NCBI GenBank assembly: GCA_030867685.1
Contig: JAQOWU010000008.1
Location: 3,906,001-3,970,000, forward strand
DNA from: Wickerhamiella versatilis
Lineage: Eukaryota
Length of the DNA stretch: 64,000 bases
Reading direction: 5' to 3'
A program made the position numbers and the translations under genes. Shown in pieces: positions 38,460 through 47,926 of the stretch. The notes below the pieces were generated by a model. That model worked only from the letters and a program-made list of their open reading frames with translations. It had not been told where the DNA came from and ran no database searches. Position 1 is the stretch's first letter. Each line of letters begins with the position of its first letter.

Positions 38460-39389
38460 ATGCGTCGATTTGCCTCGGGGGCGGCCAACACGGTGAAGCT
38501 CCATGAAAAACACACCGTGGTAAATACAAAACAGGCCGAAAACCTTGTTCCGCATGCTGTGAAACCTTTGAATGTCAAACAAATGCCTCGAGGTAATTTG
38601 ATTGCCCATATTCTCCAGCAATATAAGGGGGACACCGGCCAGTACAATAAACAGCTGAGTACCTGGCAGCGAGTTCTGGGCGAAAAGGTCATCCGCGTTT
38701 TCAACCTGGACATGGATCGAATTCGGAGCGGTCCAGTCGCCGGTGCTTTATATCGTGATATGTGCAAGGGCCAGGCCTACTTTGAAAAAGGAAAGCCCCT
38801 TCCCCCCTTGAGCAAATGGTGGTATGACAGGCTCGGGATGCCCCAGACGTTTTTCCAATGGTTTCAAATTAGCTCACTACATATCTGGATGCTTTATGTG
38901 CGAATGCGATGCATGCCGCGAAAATACTGTCGAGAATATCAACAGAAGCTGGCCAATGGGGTTTTTGACGACATCGACTACCAGCTCCGCGAGGTTATTC
39001 GGGTGAACAGCGACAGAACTACAAATAACTACAAGAAGCAGTTCAGCCAGCAGTTGAGAGGATCTGTATTCAGCTACGACGAGGGCCTCGTGGCTGGGGA
39101 CGAGGTTCTGGCATCAGCTATGTGGCGTAACCTGTTTGAGCAATCACCAGTTGTGGATAATACTATTTTAGAGCATCTTGTGCATTATGTGAGAGCCCAG
39201 CTTTATGTGCTGGACCGCATGTCCGACGCGGATTTCGCTGCTGGTAGATTCCGATTCCTGGACCCTCGAATGCGTTACGAACCTTTGACGGAAGAGCAAA
39301 ATTCAGCTTTGGCGGAAATGATTGAAAGCGCCCGACAGGAACCCGGGTTGGCGGCCACGGAGACTAAACTGAGCCGAGACGGCTGGTAG
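38460..39389 (+). CDS. CBP3: Ubiquinol-cytochrome c reductase assembly chaperone Cbp3
   Basis: TFFQWFQISSLHIWMLYVRMR, SYDEGL, LASAMWRNLF, YVRAQLYVL; ATG at 38460 with presequence-like start. Confidence 0.9.
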   Translation: MRRFASGAANTVKLHEKHTVVNTKQAENLVPHAVKPLNVKQMPRGNLIAHILQQYKGDTGQYNKQLSTWQRVLGEKVIRVFNLDMDRIRSGPVAGALYRDMCKGQAYFEKGKPLPPLSKWWYDRLGMPQTFFQWFQISSLHIWMLYVRMRCMPRKYCREYQQKLANGVFDDIDYQLREVIRVNSDRTTNNYKKQFSQQLRGSVFSYDEGLVAGDEVLASAMWRNLFEQSPVVDNTILEHLVHYVRAQLYVLDRMSDADFAAGRFRFLDPRMRYEPLTEEQNSALAEMIESARQEPGLAATETKLSRDGW

Positions 39390-39506
39390 AAATTACATTA
39401 TTTTATGCATGCTTGGTCTAACCTTGTGCTGCTCCCGCCCAACTTATTATCGTCATATACTACTAATTCTCTAGAAATAAAGAAACTAACTAATGCACAG
39501 ACCAGT

Positions 39507-41144
39507 CTAAAGCTTCGCGATGTCAACGCCAATTGCCACATCGCCCTTCCGTTCTTTGAGCTCTCGGCGCAGGATTTTACCCGTTGTGGACTTCGGAATT
39601 TCAGGAATCACCACAATGCCACCCCACAATCGTTTGTGCTTCGCAACTGAGCTGTTGAACTTCCTCACTACCTTCAGGGGGTCAGCACCGGGAGCCAGTA
39701 CAACATATGCTCGGGGGAGCTCAGTGGTTCCGTACTCATCGGGAACGCCGACAACAGCACTGTCAAGAACCTCGCTCTGGGTGACAAGTAAAGCCTCGAG
39801 CTCTGCTGGCGCTACTTGATGGCCCTTGGACTTGATAAGTTCCTTAATGCGGTCGACTATCTGAAATTGGCCCCTATCATCTAGGACGGCAACATCTCCT
39901 GTCATAAACCAACCATCTGGGTGAAGGGCCTCTTTTGTCGCCTTTTCATTTTTCAAATAGCCTTTCATAACCTGTGGACCACGAACCCATAATTCACCGC
40001 GCTCCCCCTTTTTGGCGTCTTTACCTGTCTCTACATCCACCAACCGAATCTCTGTTCCCGGCACGGACCAGCCGACAGTAGCTGCATCATAGTTATCCTC
40101 ATCGTATATACCCATCTGAACTACAGGTGAGGTTTCTGTAAGGCCATAACCTTGTGTAATGAAGCAATTTGGCAGTCTCCTCTTTGCAAGCTCTTGCGTG
40201 GATTTCGACAGTGGCGCAGCGCCACTTATGATATAGCGCATTTGCTGTTTGAATTTCGGGTATTGGTCTATCAGCGGGTGCTTCCCCAGCAATAATATGA
40301 TTGGGGGAACGGCTAGCAGCACATCGATATTGTATTTAGTACAGCCGTCAAGCAAAAACTTCAAGTCAAAATGCGAAAATACTACCGTTTTGCGGACTCT
40401 ATGTATGCTGGACCACACGAAAAGACAGAGACCAAATATGTGGCTCATGGGCAGAACAGCCGCCGTCGTATATTCACCCGTAACGAAAGGCATCTTATCG
40501 TAAACAAACATTTGCCTCACGTTTGCAAGAATATTTGAGTGGGTAGTTATCACTCCTTTTGGCAAACCGGAAGTTCCAGATGAGAAACAATAGTACGCAT
40601 GCTGCTCAAACGGATCAACACTTACTGGTGCCACCTCCGGCGCACTGGATGCCTTAGCAAGGCTTCTAAGCTTTGGTATGAGCTCGCTAAACGGCACGAC
40701 ACGGGTCTTCGTAGAGCCACTCTCCTTAATTGCATCTTTTGCGGTTTGCACGCCTTGGTCAAATGCTACAATGATCCGCGGCTCAGTCATTCTTAATTGA
40801 TGCGCAAGCTCAGTCGAATTGTACATAACATTAGCAGGACTTAATACCGCAGCTAGCGAAATGGTGGCATGGTGAATTGCTGAAGTATAAATGTTGTTAG
40901 GCCCAATTAAGCAAACAACATCATCTTTAAGAACACCATACTCAGAACGAAGAAGCGCAGCAAGACGGAATACAAGCCTCTTGTGCTCTTCACCTGTCAA
41001 AGTCTCAGACGTTGCGGCGTCCACAAACAATGGCTTTGCCATCCTCTCCGCTGTTTGATAGGGAGACTCGAAAAGGCCCTTGATGGCGTTATCATTGTAG
41101 TCTTGCAAATAATCACCAAACTGGCTCTTGTAAATCACAGCCAT
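39507..41144 (-). CDS. Peroxisomal acyl/aryl-CoA ligase (4-coumarate-CoA ligase-like)
   Basis: FSSGTSGLPKG, QGYGLTETSP, GWFMTGD, DRIKELIKSKG, PKSTTGKILRR; C-terminal PTS1 AKL; ATG at 41144. Confidence 0.9.
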   Translation of the reverse strand: MAVIYKSQFGDYLQDYNDNAIKGLFESPYQTAERMAKPLFVDAATSETLTGEEHKRLVFRLAALLRSEYGVLKDDVVCLIGPNNIYTSAIHHATISLAAVLSPANVMYNSTELAHQLRMTEPRIIVAFDQGVQTAKDAIKESGSTKTRVVPFSELIPKLRSLAKASSAPEVAPVSVDPFEQHAYYCFSSGTSGLPKGVITTHSNILANVRQMFVYDKMPFVTGEYTTAAVLPMSHIFGLCLFVWSSIHRVRKTVVFSHFDLKFLLDGCTKYNIDVLLAVPPIILLLGKHPLIDQYPKFKQQMRYIISGAAPLSKSTQELAKRRLPNCFITQGYGLTETSPVVQMGIYDEDNYDAATVGWSVPGTEIRLVDVETGKDAKKGERGELWVRGPQVMKGYLKNEKATKEALHPDGWFMTGDVAVLDDRGQFQIVDRIKELIKSKGHQVAPAELEALLVTQSEVLDSAVVGVPDEYGTTELPRAYVVLAPGADPLKVVRKFNSSVAKHKRLWGGIVVIPEIPKSTTGKILRRELKERKGDVAIGVDIAKL

Positions 41145-41567
41145 CTTCAGAATGCTTACCACAAAGTAGTGGCTGAATGTGTGTGTATATAGTAAAACTC
41201 ACCCAAGCGGGGTAAAATGCAAAATAACCCCGCAAGGATCCAGGGCAAGGGTCTCTAAAGGCAAAGGCGTTACCATTGCCTACTACATTGGAGCTTTAAG
41301 CCAGAAAATCCGAACGCTAGGATGAAAATAACCACAATGTAATTTTTCAATATACGAAGTTATGCAGTAGTTGGACTAAGCTTACCAAATATAACATATA
41401 GGTATCCCTGGAAATAAGCTTAAGCTGATTCATGCTTATCTTTGTGTCGAAGGTTATAAATAAGTTGGACTAATTATTCCGAATAACATATATGTGGTCC
41501 TGTGAAAATATGTAATGTGATATTCGTGTCGTGGTGGTACTGTAAAAATACTTAATCTGATTCATGC

Positions 41568-42431
41568 TTATCTTCGTCGTCTAAATTTACCCTTAGTCGG
41601 TTTCTGAATGCGAAGGCGCTTAAAATTCTCCTTAGGTTTGCCACGAGCAAGCTGGTCAGACTCTTGAACGGGGCGCATAACCACCCGTCGCGTGGAACGC
41701 TTCGGTCCCTTACGCTGATGCTTATTATGTTGTACACGATCTGGGGGACTTTCGTGGGATTCTTCTGTCTCTATCTCAGAGTTCTTGTGGGTATCATCTT
41801 TCACAGGCTGCGGTGAGGATGAGCCGGGTGGTGTAGGACCCTGTAACACAGCGGGGGTCTCAGCTTCCGCATGGGAGGAAGATTCAGGCAAATTTGTCTG
41901 GAAATTATCGATCTGATCCGCTATATTTGCCGATTCCGCTGCCAGCAACGCGGCCGTATTAGCTGCAGCCTCGTCAGTCTCGTCAGTCTCCTCTGTATCT
42001 TCGGTGACTGGCCTGAGTGCTAAGCTGCGACGTCGCTTGCCAAGCAGAAGCAGGGGACTGTCATCATCCACAAATCGGGCCCCACCATCCGCTAGATATG
42101 CTGGCGTGCGCTTGCTTGGTGGGGTCTTTATAGGACGCGTATTGTTGCGTCGAGGAGTCGACACCTTTTGAGGCGACTTCATTGGGCTACTGGAAGGAAG
42201 CTGTACATCAAATAACCCCAATGCTTTACCTGTCTTTTGAGGAGTTGGATCAATCGCAGCGACCCCTAATTTTGTCGGGGTGGTTGGTAAACCTCGTGCC
42301 ACATACTTGTACCGTCGATACATATCATGTACCGCCTCATTAGCAGCAACATCTCTAGTAGATGGTTTGTGTCCGTATGCCTTAAAGAAGTCTCGTTCCC
42401 ATTGTTTCACAGCAAATTTCAGCTCATCCAT
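41568..42431 (-). CDS. SLD2: DNA replication regulator Sld2/Drc1
   Basis: LKFAVKQWERDF...GHKP, PTPQKTGKALGLFD, many S/T-P CDK sites, KGPKRSTRRVVMRP, ENFKRLRI; ATG at 42431. Confidence 0.85.
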   Translation of the reverse strand: MDELKFAVKQWERDFFKAYGHKPSTRDVAANEAVHDMYRRYKYVARGLPTTPTKLGVAAIDPTPQKTGKALGLFDVQLPSSSPMKSPQKVSTPRRNNTRPIKTPPSKRTPAYLADGGARFVDDDSPLLLLGKRRRSLALRPVTEDTEETDETDEAAANTAALLAAESANIADQIDNFQTNLPESSSHAEAETPAVLQGPTPPGSSSPQPVKDDTHKNSEIETEESHESPPDRVQHNKHQRKGPKRSTRRVVMRPVQESDQLARGKPKENFKRLRIQKPTKGKFRRRR

Positions 42432-42438
42432 CAACCGC

Positions 42439-42451
42439 CGCGTTCACGCGT
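42439..42451. promoter_or_regulatory. MCB elements upstream of SLD2
   Basis: CGCGTT and ACGCGT (42446-42451) directly upstream of a G1/S replication gene. Confidence 0.6.
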
Positions 42452-42506
42452 ATGTTAGTCACCTGGGTGAATAATCATCTAATTTGTGCAGAAATGAATT
42501 AGGCCG

Positions 42507-43025
42507 ATGCTAACACCAAAAGCCATAGCAGAAGCACCAGATTTCCTGAATGCCGTACATAAACGGGAACTCTTGCTGAGAGACCGTGGTATAACAGAAA
42601 TATCTTATCTTGAGACCACGCGTAATGAGTTTGATGCTATAGATCTCACGGGAAATCTTATAGGAGCCGTACGTGGTGTACCAGTGCTAACTCGCCTCGA
42701 AGGACTTCTTCTCGGGAACAACATTATCGAGAGTGTCGATGCTCACATTGGGGAGATGCTACCCAATTTGATATGGCTTTCGTTGGCTGATAACCGCCTG
42801 ACTGATTTAGCCAGCTTGAGTTTCCTAAATTCCCTGCAAAAACTAGAGCATGTTAACCTGGTAGGTAATCCGGTTACAGAATCCCCGGACTACAGATTGC
42901 ACGTGATTGCAAGACAGCCCAAAATCCGATTTTTGGATTTCCAACGCGTAACAGACGCTGAGCGTAAGGAGGCCAAAGAAAAGTTTTCACAAAAAGGTAA
43001 AGATTCTGCAGAAGCTACTGATTGA
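42507..43025 (+). CDS. LEA1: U2 snRNP A' (LRR protein)
   Basis: RELLLRD, FDAIDLTGN, LRR repeats, GNPV...YRLHVI...RFLDFQRVTDAERKEA. Confidence 0.9.
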   Translation: MLTPKAIAEAPDFLNAVHKRELLLRDRGITEISYLETTRNEFDAIDLTGNLIGAVRGVPVLTRLEGLLLGNNIIESVDAHIGEMLPNLIWLSLADNRLTDLASLSFLNSLQKLEHVNLVGNPVTESPDYRLHVIARQPKIRFLDFQRVTDAERKEAKEKFSQKGKDSAEATD

Positions 43026-43101
43026 AAAGCTTAACAAAGTATGCATAAGATAATAATATAATTAAAAACATTAGTAGCAATCCTCTTTATCGTTCAGAGA
43101 A

Positions 43102-46100
43102 TTATGCCGAGTATGGTTGCACTTCAAGCTGCTTGTTCATCTCTGAATATATACTGCAAACATCGGCTTGGTACTTTTTAGAGACATCCTGCAAGGATAT
43201 AGTAAGCTCAGGAGGAATTATATCTTCGGAAGTCAACTGAGGTGCCCATTTGCACGCAGGACAAAGCAGATGGAGGTCTTCCGTCTCAAACCAATACTGA
43301 CGATTGACTGCACTACATTTTTCACATTGTAATCTTGAAGCATGCCGCCACCACGCGGCCTCGGCATTTTTCGACACAATGAAAGGTCGTTTTGCCGCCG
43401 GGTCTGACGCAACGATCGAGTCATCTAAAGAAGCTGCAATAGCTGCGGCGCCAAAAACCCTGCTAGAAGGCGCTCGCTTAGTCTGGGCGTAAATTTGAAG
43501 TGCCGTCAGCCTTTGGTCGGCGTCTATGTCTGACAATGGAATAAGACCCTCAGAACCGTGTTCCGCACATCTCACTATCGCTTCCATATTCCCCTTGTTC
43601 CCACGCCAAAGTGAAGGGCCCTTGTCATCGTTGCTAAACTTGATTCCCAGTGCATACAACCCAGACGTCCCTGCACAGCCTGCATGAACGACCTTATCGC
43701 AGACATCACAAGCAGACCAATGATGAGTTACATTATGGCATAATGAGCATTCTTTTTCCTCTGAATTCTTGAGATCCTTTTCCAGTATTACGGGCTGCAA
43801 CGAATTAGGTTCTTCAAAGGACGCTTTGCTACTGTATAGGGCGCAACGGATATGCACCCATTTGCGGTCCACGGCTCGCTTGAGAGCATCGGGAGCACCA
43901 GTTTTTTCTCCAGCAAGCCATGCAGGATATGCAACCAGCTTCACTGGACAAAGAGCGCAGAGATATTGTCGTTCAGCCGGGGCCGGCTCCATTAAGTCAT
44001 TGCTACAGCAGTCACAAATCCAATTACTGGGCGAGGGACTGCTGAAACCATAGCAAGCTGCATGAACACACATGCCACAATACAAGCAATTGAGCTGTGG
44101 CATCGAGGGATCAAGCTGGCAACATACAGTGCAATAGTTTGCTTGATTTCGTGATGCGTTGGTGTTTGAGGCTTGTCTGCTTAAAACCGCCATCCTCCTA
44201 TCTAGCGCGTCATTCAAACCTTCGTCAATATCACCGGCAGCTTCTTCCTCGGCACCACCATCAGCATCAGCATCAGCATCAGCGTCGGCGTCAGCATCGG
44301 CATCGGCATCAGCTGATGGCATGGATGGCATAGCCGATGTCTGTTTCTTACCCTTGGGGGTTCCTGCATTTGACTTTTTCGACTCTGGTGGCTGTCCTTC
44401 AATAGGAGTTTGCTCCTTTGGGTTCTGACTCGAGTTCTTCTGCTTTTGAATAGCCGTGTCGATAGCCGTGGCGTCTTCTAAAAGCTCTGGCTCGACCTTA
44501 TCCTTTTCAGGTATGGCAAGAACAAACTGAGGCGGCCGCCAAATGACTCCATACCTATACCATAGCCGCGCACAACGAGGACAGAGTGCCTTAATGATCT
44601 TGTCTTTTTGATTGGCTGCCTGCCTGGTGCTCTTCGCCACACTTTTCCATTATTGGTTGTACAATGCTTGCAGACAAGTGACTTGTTAAGATTAGAAACC
44701 ACCTCTCCATCGATAACTTCTGGGTCACTAGTCGAAACAATTGAAACAAGAAATTCAGATGGAGGTGTTCTACGAATTGATGCGCGGGCGTCACAATTTG
44801 CCCAAATTTTCTGGCCTTCCGGTGTCTTTTTCCAGGTGTAATAAAAGTTCACTATATCACCAAAAGGCTTGGTTCCCACAGCTCGAAATGCGGCATGCAT
44901 ATTGGCCCCATTTTCCCTCACGGAATTCTCAAATCGCTTGACTTCGTCGGGGCTTAGAGAAGGCTGGTGAAGACTTTTGTGAGAGAAACGCGCAACCCGC
45001 TGGATTCCACGGCCTATTTGTCCCGAGGAATCCTGCAATGCCTTCAGAGATGCATCGATAAAATTCGTCGAATGACGGCTCACCTCCAGTCTCTCTGCAT
45101 AGCTCTGAGCCCGTTCAAGGAACGCATCAGGATCGCCAAATTCATTGGTCCATATAGCTGTAGAAGTTCGATCATTACCGCGATCAACATAGCCTTTCGG
45201 GACTTCTTTTACCCAGGGCAGGCTGCGATCAAGATCAGGTGGATCAAAAGCAACCTTTGGTTCGGATTCTTTTGAAGAATTAGCTTCTGTTTTCTCACCA
45301 GCCTGTTTGCGCCTATTCGTGCGGATCGTACGGTAATATTGTACCGGTCTACCAGGCCACTCTGGAACCGCGAACTGATATTCAGGACCTACCAGTGGAA
45401 CTTTCCGCGGGGCGAGTGGTGCATCAGGATTGAATGCTTCAGTCAAATTACAATGAATCCCCAGATATCTGAATGGCCAGTACGGATGTAGTCCCGAATC
45501 TTCCGCAACAGGAGGAGCAGAATCTGCTGCATCTATCAGCGCGGGATACAAAGGATGAACTATTTGATCAGGCATCTTTCCCCCGTCACGATTACAGACA
45601 GGGCATGTCCACTTTTCACGTGGCTTTTTTCCGAGACACGAAGTATGCGAGAAGCTATGGCAGCGACGACAACTCACGCTATCACGGTCTGAACACCATT
45701 GTGTGCAAACGCCGCATTGTTTGGCCGGTGCACACATATCACTAGTCTTTGTGCACTCCATGATATAGAAGGAAAATCTTTCCTCAAGAGAGGAGCGTAC
45801 CTGCTCGGGCAGATTCGTCAATTTACTCGCGGATACAACATCGTACCTTGAACGCAAAGTCTCATCCCAGAACTGACCAAACCAAAAGTGGCTGACCGCA
45901 CTACGATACTTTGGGGTATTTTCAGTGGAATGTACAACAGAGCACTTCCCTCTTAATCGATCTGCGGGTAGTGTCGCGGTGTCCATGGTCAAAAAAAGTT
46001 CGCGCGAATCTACATCTGAGCCGGCTCTTTTGAGCCAATTTACATGTACTTTCCCCTCTTCTGGGAAATTGAGAATCCGCGAGACGCTCCATGGCTCACC

Positions 46101-46439
46101 TGTCTGTTCAGTGCGGATATAAACATGGTCACCGCTGTGATACGAGCTTCCATCTTGCAGCTCTAATTCACTTTTATCTGGTGCCCATTTTGCATTGGTA
46201 AGATCAATACTGACCATCTTGTCGGTAGCATGGTACTTTCTTTGCCAGTTATCTGGGACTGCGGTAGTTTTACGCTGACGCTTACGCGCAGCTGGTGCAG
46301 TTCCCTCAGCCTTTGGTTTTCTACCCCTTTTTGTTGTTGTGACGGGTGCCTCATTAGAAGAATTATTTGCTTTCGGGCCGGTCTTCACATCCGTTGATTG
46401 AGTATCAAGAGGCACGGCATCACCCGGAGTACCAACCAT
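43102..46439 (-). CDS. SNT2: Snt2 chromatin E3 ligase (BAH-PHD-ELM2/SANT-PHD), split by an apparent frameshift near 44605
   Basis: Upstream ORF (44478-46439) has BAH, PHD, WPFRYLG, SANT and CKHC..WRRAPG; downstream ORF (43102-44640) continues ALCPRCARLW and PHD/ePHD fingers in the -1 frame. Confidence 0.8.
44258..44312. repeat. Hexanucleotide microsatellite encoding poly(Ala-Asp) in SNT2
   Basis: (GCATCA/GCGTCG/GCATCG)n on the plus strand, giving ADADADADADADADAD. Confidence 0.85.
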
Positions 46440-46670
46440 GGACCCGTGACTAATCTCTCTGCTAGATAGACCACAGAGTTACATCTCCTAGTCGTTTTAG
46501 CCTAAAACTAGAGCCCCTTAGTGAATAATATCAATCATAGATCATATATATATAATTTGGAGCTGCAAATATGGTCAAACTAGTATGGTTTAAAGTACGT
46601 CCTCCTAAATCTTCAACTAAGAGGCCCTTACTCAGCTGAAAAATCGCGTTTACTATAACCTCTCTAGACA

Positions 46671-47849
46671 ATGAGTATTAACATTCGTCGCGACAATCAT
46701 GATCCTTTTTACCGATATAAGATGCCTCCAATAGCCTCGAAGATCGAAGGCAGGGGTAATGGTATCAAGACAGCAGTGGTCAACCTGAGTGACGTTGCTC
46801 GGGCGCTGGCACGCCCGTCTACGTACATCATTAAGTGGTTCGGTTTTGAGTTGGGTGCTCAAACCAGCGCTAGTGAGGAGACTGACCGATATATTGTAAA
46901 TGGTGCACATGATGCCGGCAAACTGCAAGACTCTCTCGACGGCTTTATCAACAAGTTTGTGCTTTGTGGCAACTGCAAAAACCCGGAGACAGATTTTGTA
47001 TTCCACCGCGATGGTACAGTAGAGAAAGATTGCAAGGCATGCGGTGCAAAATCTTTGGTTGACCCAAGGCACAAACTCACTGGGTTCATTGCGAAGAATC
47101 CCCCTCAGGCAACAAAGCAAAAAAAGAAGCCCATGGCCAATGCAGGTGCATCCACGGGATACGATGATGCCGATGGTGCTGATGAAGGAAAAATGCAGGC
47201 TAGCGGTGAGGATGAACTAACCCGACGAATCAATGCCGAAGCGGCAAATCTTCCCGCCATGGCTGCACATACCAGTAAAGAAGACGAATGGTCTGCAGAT
47301 GTGAGTGAGGAAGCTGTGAAAGCTCGCCAAAAGAAGCTTGAGAAGACAATGGGTGCACTTGGGCTTGACGATACCACGAGTGATGAGGTCTACGATGAAT
47401 TTGGAACCTGGATCATATCTGAGAAGCCAAGTGACATAGAAATTTACAAGCGCGCCGTTGAGCTTGGTATTTCTGACAAGCCGAAGGCAGTGCAAGTGTT
47501 AGCCCAGGCTCTTTTCACCACAGAGATCGTCAAGGAAATTGCCGAGCATGCAGGCTTGCTCAGCAAGATGGTCAGTTCCGAGGAGCATGAGCGGGCGCTT
47601 CTGGGTGGATTCGAGCGCTTTGTAGGTCTTGAGCACCCACAACTTATTGCACAGGTACCCAACATACTTTTCAAACTGTACGAGGGAGACATTATCTCTG
47701 AGGAGGTCGTAGAGCACTGGGGTACCCATGTATCTAAGAAGTATGTGGACAAGGATACGTGTAAAAAGGTTCGTAAGGCGGCTAAACCATTCATCGAATG
47801 GCTCGCCCAGGCGGATTCGTCCGAAGAGGAGGAAGAGGATAGTGAATAG
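46671..47849 (+). CDS. TIF5: Translation initiation factor eIF5
   Basis: DPFYRYKMP..KIEGRGNGIKT, zinc ribbon C..CKNPET...CKACG, C-terminal W2 domain (PFIEWL). Confidence 0.97.
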   Translation: MSINIRRDNHDPFYRYKMPPIASKIEGRGNGIKTAVVNLSDVARALARPSTYIIKWFGFELGAQTSASEETDRYIVNGAHDAGKLQDSLDGFINKFVLCGNCKNPETDFVFHRDGTVEKDCKACGAKSLVDPRHKLTGFIAKNPPQATKQKKKPMANAGASTGYDDADGADEGKMQASGEDELTRRINAEAANLPAMAAHTSKEDEWSADVSEEAVKARQKKLEKTMGALGLDDTTSDEVYDEFGTWIISEKPSDIEIYKRAVELGISDKPKAVQVLAQALFTTEIVKEIAEHAGLLSKMVSSEEHERALLGGFERFVGLEHPQLIAQVPNILFKLYEGDIISEEVVEHWGTHVSKKYVDKDTCKKVRKAAKPFIEWLAQADSSEEEEEDSE

Positions 47850-47926
47850 AAGCAGTGTACTCATATATTGACATATTCTAGGAATACTACATGCAATGCA
47901 ACGAAAGTCTATTTATATACCAACTT

